64,000 bases of DNA, from NCBI GenBank assembly GCA_002189035.1, contig NEEC01000009.1, positions 1,798,001 through 1,862,000 on the forward strand, read 5' to 3'. Both the position numbers and the translations under genes were made by a program. This DNA is from Utricularia gibba (Eukaryota > Plantae > Magnoliophyta). Positions 50,927 through 61,794 of the stretch are shown here, piece by piece. Each line of letters begins with the position of its first letter. The first letter of the stretch is position 1. Under the pieces are notes generated by a model. The model worked only from the letters and a program-made list of their open reading frames with translations, had not been told where the DNA came from and searched no databases.

Positions 50927-51976
50927 GTCTGCTTCGAAAGCTTGGTTTCCAACATCCAATGGGCGTGTATTTATATGCGAAAGAGGAACCAGACGTCAGT
51001 TCCCCATTTTAGGGTTTGCATGATATAAATAGTAATTGAGAAACCCTAAGATAGGGTCTTTATTTAGGGTTTAATATAGTGGTATTTTATATTTATTTTT
51101 GGGAGTACAGCATCCAATACATTAGTACATAATTATCTTAGGGTTTAATACTCAATAAGACTGAATTCTGCATTGGAAATGCGTATTAATGGCATTATTC
51201 CACCATAGAAAGGTGGAAAGTTCAAACATTGAACTGGTAATGTGCTACTTAGGGTTTGGAACCCTCTTTGAACCGGTCTCACAACTCCAGTTTAATGCAT
51301 CAATATATGCATTATATTTTTTCCAGTATTTTAAAAACCCTAATAAAACCATTTAAAACCATAAATTTTTTATGATGATAATTGGGTTAAAGTAAAATTA
51401 TTTTAAAATAAAAAATGAATATCAATCAATTTTGATTTAATTATGGTTCAATGATAGTTTGATTCTTTTTTCATAAAAAATGAATGATTCAATCAGTTTA
51501 ATTATGCATATAGTTCACGGTTGTTTTTTAAGATTTAGAGCACTAATATTTTTTTAAACCACTTTGAATCGTGAATTATTTATGTTAACTATTTTCATAA
51601 AAAAATATAATAATAATTCTTTTTTTTAAAAAAAAAAGAATGATTCAGTTAAAATGTGGATCGTGGTTGGACTGTTCAAACCACGAGTTATTTACACAAA
51701 TGGCTCACGTTTTTTTTTTTTTTGAAATTTTAAAAAAAATGACTAAAAATATTCGAAGAAAGAATTTGGCCAAGATCTTGTATTGGGACAACTTAGGTAG
51801 GTTATGTCGAAAATGGAAGCAGCACAAGCACTTCTGACTTCTGAGTCGAAATGTCTGTGAGAAGGGCACCCAACTGTCCAAATAGTATCGTGAATCAAAT
51901 ACTATTATTATACATTGCTGTGTCCCTATAAGCCCTAAAGCATTTTCGGAGTCACTGGTTCCGATCTGTGTCTGCT

Positions 51977-52438
51977 TCACATGTCCGGAGAAGGAGGAGG
52001 AGGAGTGAGTTCCCACAGGTACGCCCTGACCGCAGGTGTGTTGTGGATATCGCCGGTGAAGAAAATCCCTTCTCTTCTAGCAATCCAGTAGCACGTGGAC
52101 GTCTTGCAGAGGTGCCCGAAGCTCGATCTGAAGGCATCGAACATCTTGCTGTAGTACTCCTCCCACCAGAGATGACAGTAGAAGAGGGTTCTGGAGAAGA
52201 AGTCATCGCAGAAATTCCATTGGAACACTTGGTTTGGCGCAGTGAGGTTATGATATCCCAGATCGTCGTCCTTAGAGGCGCAGTGAACCCTTAGGAAGCT
52301 GAAATCCACAGGGAGCTGGTTGACGATTTGAATGGTGTAATGCGGTGTCAAGGCGCAGGCCCCAGAAAGTCGAAAAAAACCAGGCGATGCCACAAGGAAG
52401 ACCATGAAGAAGAAGCAGAACCCATTGCTGCTCTTCAT
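51977..52438 (-). CDS. SPH-K (subgroup II), intact
   Basis: Signal, HCASKDDDLGYH, FCDD, FYCHLWW, CKTSTCYW, EGIFF, tail TPPPPSPDM. Confidence 0.92.
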   Translation of the reverse strand: MKSSNGFCFFFMVFLVASPGFFRLSGACALTPHYTIQIVNQLPVDFSFLRVHCASKDDDLGYHNLTAPNQVFQWNFCDDFFSRTLFYCHLWWEEYYSKMFDAFRSSFGHLCKTSTCYWIARREGIFFTGDIHNTPAVRAYLWELTPPPPSPDM

Positions 52439-53135
52439 GTTTAGGGTTCCTGGTGGATGATTCCTATTGGGTTCGTATTTATATGTGAAGGGCACAATGT
52501 ACGGCTACATGCGATTTGGGAATTAGGGCAAACTGAATTAGTTAATCGGGACGGTCTAGTCCTATTAGGGCAAACTGAATTATTCAATAATGTTTAATAA
52601 AAATCCACTTCCAAATTGATAATTTTATATTAATAATGATGTAAATTACATTTAATGATTCAAGTTTGCCCAATAGGAGACACTTCATCAAATCAGTTGG
52701 CATTGTATTGTTCTGTTTTAAAAAAGAATTTAATTATTATATGTGGGGCAATAATCATGGTTAATTTACGAATTTAAAGTATATTTATTTATTGATTTAA
52801 CACAAAAAATATGTCACAGTATTTATTTTTATTCGCCCCATTTAATAATTAACGCATTCCTCTTGTATAAATGATAGCTCGCAATGTTTTAAATCGTGAA
52901 AAAAAAAAATCATTAATTATTTGAATAAATGGTTCAATCGTAATTGAATCGTTCATTTTTTTAAAAAAAATAATTTTTATTCAAAATATCAAATTTTAAT
53001 TAAATTTTAGCTGAACTGCATCTTATTCATGATTAAATCATGATTTATTTTTTTCATTTTAAAACGATTTCAATTTAATTCAATCACTATCATAAACGGG
53101 TTGAAATCGATTCAATCGTAAACACATCCATCCCT

Positions 53136-53597
53136 TCAAGGAAGAGGGGCAGGATTAGTAGTGCCATTCTTATCGAGCTGCCATTTATACGTCAAGGTCG
53201 CCGGCGTGTTCCGGAAGTCATCCGTGAAGTGGATGCCATCGGGTCTCACGAGCCACCAGCAAATATTCATCTTGGCGCAGGCGTTCCTCTTCGCGGTCGA
53301 TCGGAAAACATCGAACGCCCTGTTGTAGCGCGGCTCCCACCAGAGGTGGCAGAAGTAGAGTGTCCGGTGGAAAATGTCGTCGCAGAAGTCCCAGTGGAAC
53401 TCCTCGTTCCAAGAGGTGAGGTTATGAAACCCTAGATCGCGGCTCCCGGAGGCGCAATGAACCACCAAGAAGTGGTTGTCCCATGGCAGCTGGTTGATGA
53501 TCCGAACTTCGTATCTGGGGGTGAGGGTGCAGCCGTCGGATGCGACGATCAGGAAGAAGAAGAAGATGAGGAAGCAGGAGAATGGAGTGTTCTTCAT
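53136..53597 (-). CDS. SPH-L (subgroup II), intact
   Basis: Signal, HCASGSRDLGFH, FCDD, YFCHLWW, CAKMNICWW, DGIHF. Confidence 0.92.
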   Translation of the reverse strand: MKNTPFSCFLIFFFFLIVASDGCTLTPRYEVRIINQLPWDNHFLVVHCASGSRDLGFHNLTSWNEEFHWDFCDDIFHRTLYFCHLWWEPRYNRAFDVFRSTAKRNACAKMNICWWLVRPDGIHFTDDFRNTPATLTYKWQLDKNGTTNPAPLP

Positions 53598-54170
53598 GTC
53601 TGGAGCTGCTGATTTTCATGGCGGAGGAGTGGTTTATATACATGGAGTTGAAGTTTGCCGATTTGTAATCGAGGGGCATTGAGTTTAATGCCAAAATGTA
53701 CGGTCACGTCTGATTTGGGAATCTAGGGCAAACTGAATTAGTTACAAGGGACGGTCTAGTCGTACGTTTGACCCAACCATGGGAAATATTCATAAATAAT
53801 TAATAAAGTATTTAAATTACTTATATTTCAATAAATATACGTTATATAATTAAAATTAAAATTAATTTGGTACCTAGGTTTTTAATATATTTTTTAAAAT
53901 AATATTATATATATTTAAAATATTTTTTTTATAAATTATGTTATTTAGCAAAACTCATCTAGAATATGAGTTTTGAAATACCTAGTTCATAGTATTTTAC
54001 TGTAGTCTTGTAAAACATCATGAATTAGTTTACCAAATATAAATTATTATTAATATATAAATATTTTAACAGTAAAACCAAATTATTAAATACCTCCTAA
54101 GTGTTTTTTGACGTCGTTATAATGCACTATTTTTTAAATAAATTTTTTTATCGAAATTAAATAATTATAT

Positions 54171-54208
<38 letters not shown>
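54171..54208. repeat. Compound (AC)n(AT)n microsatellite
   Basis: Read directly from the sequence. Confidence 0.9.
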
Positions 54209-54391
54209 CTTAAATTTTAATTGAGTTAAAAATTTTAAAAATGAAAATTATATGAATTTAAGATATTATATATTAATATTATTCTATTTTAAAAAAGTGT
54301 ATTTTTTTTTATTCTCCCCATTTAATAATTGATCTCACAAGAAAATCAGTTTATTTTCATTCGCCCATTTAATAATTGGAGGCAATTTGTC

Positions 54392-54868
54392 TTATATTAG
54401 GGGCGTTGGAGGAAGACCGGCAGCAGCAGTGCTGGTGCTATTCTTATCCAGCTCCCATGGGTAAACCAAGAAGTCGGGCATGTCCCTGTAGGCATCACTG
54501 AAGTAGATGCCATCTCGTTTCGCAATCCAGTAGCAAGTGTTCTTCAGACTGCAGTCCTTCCTCTTCGCCGTCGACCGGAAAGCGTCGAACGCCCTGTTGT
54601 ACGGCCCCCACCAGAGGTGACAGAAGTGCAGGGTCTTGTGGAAAATGTCGTCGCAGAAGTGCCACCGGAACACCTCGCCCGCATTGGTGAGGTTATGAAA
54701 CCCTAGGTCACGGCTCCCGGAGGCGCAATGAAGTCTCAAGAAGTTGTTGTCCCATGGTAGCTGGTTGATGATCTGAACATCGTATCTGAGGGTGAAGATG
54801 CAGCCCTTGGATGCGACGATGAGGAAGAAGAAGAAGGTGAGGAAGCAGCAGAAGGGGGTGTTCTTCAT
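54392..54868 (-). CDS. SPH-M (subgroup II), intact
   Basis: Signal, HCASGSRDLGFH, FCDD, HFCHLWW, CSLKNTCYW, DGIYF. Confidence 0.92.
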   Translation of the reverse strand: MKNTPFCCFLTFFFFLIVASKGCIFTLRYDVQIINQLPWDNNFLRLHCASGSRDLGFHNLTNAGEVFRWHFCDDIFHKTLHFCHLWWGPYNRAFDAFRSTAKRKDCSLKNTCYWIAKRDGIYFSDAYRDMPDFLVYPWELDKNSTSTAAAGLPPTPLI

Positions 54869-55814
54869 GTCTAGAGCTGCTGGTTTTCACGGCGGAGGAG
54901 TGATTTATATACATGGAGTTGAAGTTTGCCGACTTGTAACAAGGGGCATTGAGCTTAATGCCAAGCTTCATTAATTTCAGTGCTACCACTGCAACTAGGG
55001 ATATGGAAACCTACTGTTATCTCATTTTTCTACCAAATAAACCCTAGCAAAGTAACCTTATTAAAAAAAGGTGTACACACAATAGGAAAGCGAATGGGAT
55101 CAACTCATAGCAGCTTCTGTTTTCGTGCGCAGTCTCTGTATTTGAGGCTTTCATGTTCCATTTTGTTGCTCTCCAGTCTCCACCATCCATGGGGCCTCTA
55201 TATTTTGAAAGTACTGAGGATGTGTAGAAGTTACCCGTTTTGGTTCATCTGAAAACCAAGCAGCGCATGTTAAGATGGAGTTTAGGGTTTGAAATAGGTT
55301 GTCAAGAATGATTATAAGCTAAGGGAGAAGCGTATGAAGTTTTGATGGAATGAAGTCCCACATCGGAGCATTTCTAAGGGTTTCAAATAGGATGTCTAAG
55401 GCTGGCTCCAACACCATGCTGCACTTGTAGCGCGGACCCAGAACACACGTTGGGAGATCAATCAATAACCAGCTATGACTAGTTGATAGACTACGGAGAC
55501 CCATCAGTGCTTGTTGGAGATGGATGCATAGTCGGAAACATGATGGTGTTTTAGTGCCCATATCCCCTTGCTTTCTTGCCGTATGTGTTGCGGGGTAGCC
55601 ATGCTCATTCATCCTTCGCCTCCAATACGAAACTTCCCTATCCGCCACTAATTCCTCAGTCGCTTCAACGAACCAGCAACCGGCGCTCACGACAATCGCA
55701 CTGCCACAAGGTACCGTGTGTCGTGCCACCTTTTCTAAAATACCCATCGAAAATCCTCTTGCCTAGAACCATATCGCCATTGCACCCAATACCAATCGAA
55801 AATCCTCTGGCAGC

Positions 55815-56212
55815 ATGGGGCTGGGCATCGTGTTGGCGATGTTAGCATCCTACCGTGTTTTACAGGCATCGGGTGCCGGGACGAGCTCCTGGTGGGAGTG
55901 CCTTTTCACGCAGGACTCCGACCAGCTGCGACTGCATTGCGCCTCCAAAGAGGACGATCTCGGGTACCATGTTCTGAACCCGGATCAGGTCTTCAAGTGG
56001 CATTTCTGCGTCAACTTCGTTCCCAACACTTTGTTCTTCTGTCATCTTTGGTGGGGGAGAGTCGCTCCAAAGAGTTCGACGTCTTCACCTTCAAGAGAAG
56101 CGACAATTGCGACAGGGGTTACTGTTACTGGATCATCAGAGAAGATGGGATCTATTTCAGTAACAACTATCCCAAGTACGCTGGCTGGAAGATCTTCAAC
56201 TGGGATGCCTAA
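55815..56212 (+). pseudogene. SPH-N, opposite orientation, frameshift at about 56053-56057 and atypical N-terminus
   Basis: Frame A: LRLHCASKEDDLGYHVL...FCVNFVPNTLFFCHLWWG. Frame B: SRSKEFDVFTFKRSDNCDRGYCYWIIREDGIYF. Confidence 0.85.
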
Positions 56213-56468
56213 GGGAGGTTACACTGCATCATCAAGGTAGCTGACAGGTTCTACAGTAGAGAGAATGCATTGCATGCATTTGTCACCAGTTTCACCTAAT
56301 AAGAATGCCATACTAGCAAGTCATGTTAATATGTTTTCCTATTGTAATATTCTGGCAATAACTCCCAATACAACCAAGAAAGATTAAAAAAATGTCAAGA
56401 ATCGGGGAGGAGCAGTAGGCACAACGCTGGTATAGTAGTTTCAAGGACTTTTTTTTTCAACAAACTAG

Positions 56469-56633
56469 TCAGTTGGTAACAAAACCGTTCCCTTCGGGGT
56501 TGATGTCCATCTTCGCGGCTGGACCGAGTTCACCTGAAATGCAACACCAGTACAAGGAATCGATTTCCAGTAACTTTCAATGCTCCTCACAAGATACACA
56601 AGGTTAAAGTGATAGAATTACAAACCCGTGTGC

Positions 56634-56695
<62 letters not shown>

Positions 56696-59628
56696 AGGTT
56701 ACACCACGGGTGACACATATCATGAAAGACTCATCCATTTATTTTTGAACATTCAATATGGAATAAGTGCTCACCGATGGAAGCAACTTTCCTAGTTATC
56801 ATGGACTCGGCGATGCGTATTGCCCTCTGTGATCCAGTAATCGTGACTTTTCTGTGGGAAAACAGGAAGTGGTAGTCACGTGACAGATCCCCGAAAGCAT
56901 GGAAAGTGGCAGATTCAGTACCATAGTCCATACCTATTTGATGTCCCAGGGATGAAATCACCCCTGTCGGAGATCTTTACCCTAGCTCCACTAAGCTGCA
57001 GGACCGCAGAATGTAGTTATGGCAAATTACTCGAACCAAACATATATGAAACCTGAAAAAACAACCTGACTGATTTCCATAATGCTACGTCCACCGCGCC
57101 CAACAACTAATCCAATATTTTCATCAGGAACACCAATAGTCACTGAACTACTTCTATCTTCCTGTAATAGAGAATGATCGACACTGAAGATTACCAACAA
57201 GGCAACACAAACAGATGATATCGTGTCATTCTAATTCTAAAAAAGTTCGAGGGTAAAGCTGATTCATGTGAAGAAGTTTAAGCTAACTATGTCGAGGGTA
57301 ACTGTAAACAAAGTTAGCAGTAACTTAAAGATCTTAAGATGTGATACAATATGCTCATATAGAATGTCGCAAGAAATATTCATCCAGATATAGTTGTTAT
57401 CACTTGCCTTGTTATGAAGCCTGTTACTTGGAAACTTTGCACTGTAACCATTTGGCCCATAGTTCATCCCATTGTGCATGAGTGCTTCAAGACGAGTTTA
57501 AATATTGAGACCAAGAAAGAAAAATTTCAAGCTCTAGCAATTAATGAGCGCGAAGAAAAGAGGCATTTGCATAACCATTTTAAGGGCAACCAAAAAATGG
57601 ATGTTCATATGCAACTAATCTACTTCAAATAAGCACTTGAAAATCATTTTTCTTCCACATGCATAAGAAGTATGTCATCCACTCATGGTAAAGTGCTATA
57701 GTTGTCTCAATAAATACACAATCAGTCAGTCTAATTCCATTGAGCACTTACGTTATTCTTTTGACTGTGCAGCCTCAAATTTACCCAAAAAGAGCATAGT
57801 GCCTAGCTTTCGCACTAATTTTTTAAATGTGATTTACATTAAGGAACTATCACCTGCATAGGGGAATGGAGAATGCACTGGCTGCTGATAATATGGGTCG
57901 CTGACTAGTTTCATTAGGATTAGTTCGATAGCCCGTAACTGTTCCCCCAGTGTGCCAGTGACTGTCACCAATCTATCATGCAGGCCAGGGAAATAAACAT
58001 CTTGTGGTGATATCTTAATGTCAGCGCGTGAGACTTCAATCAGTGACCTGGTTCAACAAGCAATTGTCTTCAGATTTGAAAACTATGAAGTACAGCATAG
58101 GACAAAAATGCACACTGGAACGTTCGAGTGAACTGGTGTTTTGAACCTTGAGCGGACTGAGGAAAATGTAGCACATCCTCATTTGATACATCAGAAATTT
58201 CAAATTAACAAGCAAAACAACAAAAGCACTCTATGCTGCTAAACACAAAAAATATACCTTATTTCTGCCCCTCCCTTTCCAATTATACCACCACAAGAAC
58301 TGTTGGGTGCTATCAGTCTAATTTTTGATACTGGATCAGCTTGGCCTCCATCTTCAGCATAAAACTACAAGCAAAATTTAGAAAGATCAAAATATAAATC
58401 CTAACCCTGGAAGGTCTTCAAAAGCATTTCTCTGACCTCATCAAGCAACTTCGAGAGGATAAGATCAACTGCCTTTAATATGCTACCAACAGATCCCGAT
58501 ACCAAGATGATTCTATCAGACGTGCCAGGAAAAAATTCATAGTTGCGTGACAACTGAATGCGGGAGCTGGATTGCGATTGAATGTCATTTATTGTTGAGC
58601 CAGCTTTCCCAATTATGGAACCCGCTTCAGTGTTTGATAGAAGGAACCGAAGGTGAGTAGCCTTCTCTTCATTTACTGTGCAACAAGCATAAACTACACT
58701 TCAGCAGAACAGAAGAGAATGGCAAAAGAAAAAAAAAGGAAAATGCAAAAGAACAATCACTGAACACGAAACAACATTCGTAAAAGGGTATCTTACTTCT
58801 CACGTTCAGCTGCTAGACTGAGCGCAAATTTTTCAGATAAAGAAAGACTGCACAACAGCACACGGTATTTTGGTCATTTTCAATTAGGTTAATTTTCTAG
58901 ATATTGGTTAGTCTGCGCCTGCTAAAATCTTCTAAAAGTCAGAGAATCAGCCCCTCCCTAAAATCCCATATTGATTAGTCTGTGGCGGCTACACATAATT
59001 GCTGAAACCCATGCCCGCACGAAAAACATAAGCACCAAGTAATCCACAGATTCGGAAAATAGAAAGATTCATCGTGCACCCCGACATAGAAGCATATTAT
59101 CATTAGGATTTGATTGTAGCTTAGATGACTCGAGAAAAAAGCATCAGCAGAAGCCATACAGAAACACAACAGGCGAATGTCATGCTGCCCCATCATTTGA
59201 ATCTAATACAACGCCACACGAAAAAGAACACCAAACTAGAATAGTAAGCACACCAACGTTACAGCGACAGAGAATTTTCCAAGTTCTAACACCCATTCAC
59301 AATCAACCACGCACGCAGCAGATCTTCAACCTCATTGACTCCAGTAAATAGCAACCGGAAAAGGAAACCTCCAACAAGAAAGTAAACGCAAACACGATCA
59401 CAGAAACAGATAATTTGTTCCGGATTCCAGTAACCACTCTCAGAAAGCCAATTTCACATAACAGATCTTCACTATCAATCAAGCATTATCCGCAAATTCC
59501 ACAAAATGCGCGTAAAAAAAGAAAGAAAAAGAACCTGAATGAGAATCAGATTCGCGAGACGGAGACTGATCCGGGATAACCTCAGAGGAATCCCCGTTGC
59601 GCGTGGACTCGCTTCCCTCCATCGCCAT
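56469..59628 (-). CDS. BTR1: Three-KH-domain RNA-binding protein (BTR1/NOVA-like), multi-exon
   Basis: Exon 1 59535-59628 (MAMEGSES...), then [86 protein letters not shown]. The last exon is predicted at 56469-56533; an unspliced ending at 56731 is also possible. Confidence 0.9.
56628..56692. repeat. (GT)n microsatellite in the last BTR1 intron
   Basis: About 30 GT units with two GC interruptions, read directly. Confidence 0.95.
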
Positions 59629-61212
59629 AGTGCGCGTGTATATTTCGCTCAAATGTGCAGGTTACACGAAGACGCGGTGAGAGCTCGCCGGCGCAGAAGC
59701 TCAGAACATTCGCCGCGTAGAGTGAGGATCCGAGGAGAAGGCGATGTGATCTCTGATCTGCGGCGTAGAAGCTATTGAGAGACGAGTGAAAGCAGATGAG
59801 AGAGAAATAGGCGTTGAAGGGGCCGCGTAAACTGCAGATGTTGGAGGCACTGGTTACCGTAGTGTTTTCATATTTTCATGATTATCTACAAAAAAAAAAA
59901 TATGGAAAACTATGTTTGATTTAATAATTTCAAAAAAGGCTACAAAAAAAAAAGAAATTAGGTAGTAATAATAGGGTTTCCAATGCTTGGATTTGGGGCG
60001 TCAGTTAGCCACAAAACAACGTAGACCAAAAGCCTAGAATAGTTTTATATGGCATAGAGTCAAAATTAATTACCGGGGGCAGCGGGCAGCTCATGTGCAT
60101 TATGGATTAATTAGGGGAACAAAGGTGTAACTAATTAAAACTAATGCAAACAACATTATTTAATGGAGGATTAATGCAATGCACCCTCCCTACACGTACT
60201 CCCTTTCGGTTTCGAATTTCTTGACTCCATCCCAAACCCGGTTCGGTTCCCTACTTCGGTTCTATGTGAAAAGGCATTTTGTGTTGAATCATTAAACGTG
60301 AATGTTTAATGATCTGTGAAAGCACATTAGAGACTAAGACTGAGGAATCATTTTAGCCTGGGGCAAGAAAGGGATTGCCTTTTGTGATGCCCTACATGTG
60401 GCTGACCTTGCAAGCCAGCAACAAGGGAGGTCAGTTCTCTGTAACCGTCGAAGCATCTTCCCCAACTGGGGTCTGTGCTGACCTGAAAGTTAGAGAGAAG
60501 ATGTTTGACTGCAGAGGATTTGCTTTATTGCCAAGGATCAAAACGAGCCTTCCTCCATCAGTTGCTGTTCAGAGTTGTTGTTCCTTCTGTCATCATCGCC
60601 TAACTTCTGTGCATTTGTCTGATTGGAGGTGTTTGGGGTGGTCGAAACCGGATTCCCCTTGGCGATTCAGGATAAAAAAATGGAACTTAAGATGCACAAA
60701 ACAGCTAGATCTGAAGATGAAACTGGAGCATGGCACAGATTATGAACCAATGCACAGATATGATTCAACAATCGAAGTTTGTGGAGCCAAGAAGTATTTC
60801 CAACATCTGTCTTACACAATTTTCCCCCTTTTTTTTTACAGTACAACAGCATCAGATGTGAGGGGAGGTTCACAGGTTCAAGAATAATTATAGAAACCAC
60901 AACTGTGATGAAAGCAGATCTTCAGTGAAGTCTAGCATGCACCTATTACAGGCAAGGGATTCAGATTAACTTCTAAACGCCAAAGCGTATTCTTAAGCAG
61001 ATTCCAAAAGGAAAAGTATGGCTTTGACAGCATATTCGTTTTCGGCCATGGAAATAGAAGAATCAGGCTAACATAATGAGCAGAACAAACTTTGAATGCC
61101 GTAAACATTGAAAACCTAGGGTTCAGAATTTTGATTGAATAAAATTTATACAGAGGAGCACTGGACTAAACCTAACGCCTGCGACCACTCACTGAAACAC
61201 CCAGAAAATGGC

Positions 61213-61656
61213 TCAAGAGCTTGTGAATTTGGTGACCGCCTTGGTCCCTTCTGAAACAGCGTGTTTTGCAAGTTCACCAGGCAACACCAATCTTACGGCC
61301 GTCTGAATTTCGCGAGAAGTAATTGTAGGCTTCTTGTTGTAGCGAGCGAGCCTCGATGCCTCCTGCGCCAATTTCTCGAAGATGTCGTTGATGAAGCTGT
61401 TCATAATACCCATGGCCTTGCTCGAAATCCCGATGTCGGGATGGACCTGTTTCAGAACCTTGAAGATGTAGATTTTGTAGGTTTCGGAGGTCTTCTTGAT
61501 CCTCTTTTTCTTCTTGTCTGCTGTGGAGGCGCCCGCCTCCTTTGGGAGCTTCTTACCGGCCTTGGGCTTTTTCTCCGCCGGAGCCTTTTCGGCAGCCGGA
61601 GCCTTCTCGGCGGCAGGCTTCTTCTCCGCGGGTTTCTTCTCTGCCTTGGGAGCCAT
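61213..61656 (-). CDS. HTB: Histone H2B
   Basis: [14 protein letters not shown]..., [50 protein letters not shown]. Confidence 0.98.
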   Translation of the reverse strand: MAPKAEKKPAEKKPAAEKAPAAEKAPAEKKPKAGKKLPKEAGASTADKKKKRIKKTSETYKIYIFKVLKQVHPDIGISSKAMGIMNSFINDIFEKLAQEASRLARYNKKPTITSREIQTAVRLVLPGELAKHAVSEGTKAVTKFTSS

Positions 61657-61794
61657 ATTCGCTTCTCAATCAAAGAGAAAAACACACTACGACAATCACG
61701 GTGACAATGTCTCTCCTAGGGCAGGGTCCCATATTTATAGAGAACTAACCTGCGGTGTGATTGGTGGGTTATGAATTACTCGGATAGAGCCCCC

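Noticed and set aside
51330-53120. AT-rich related segments that might be MITEs in subgroup II spacers
   Set aside because: I could not define TIRs or TSDs by eye.
39455-53682. Plus-strand ORFs antisense to SPH genes (e.g. ...RQEDEDEEELHVCH...)
   Set aside because: They are mirror images of Leu/Ile-codon-rich signal peptides and GC-rich coding sequence, with no independent evidence.
55345-55375. AAGTCCCACATCGG motif reminiscent of Copia LTR 5' ends
   Set aside because: No TG...CA boundaries, TSD, PBS or second LTR could be found.
55319-55747. 142-aa minus-strand ORF next to SPH-N
   Set aside because: No recognisable domain or splice support; treated as spurious pending a search.
60375-60887. 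170-aa ORF between BTR1 and H2B
   Set aside because: It has a non-ATG start in the track, no domain, and low-information composition.
61261-61774. ORFs overlapping H2B
   Set aside because: Antisense or alternative-frame shadows of the histone CDS.
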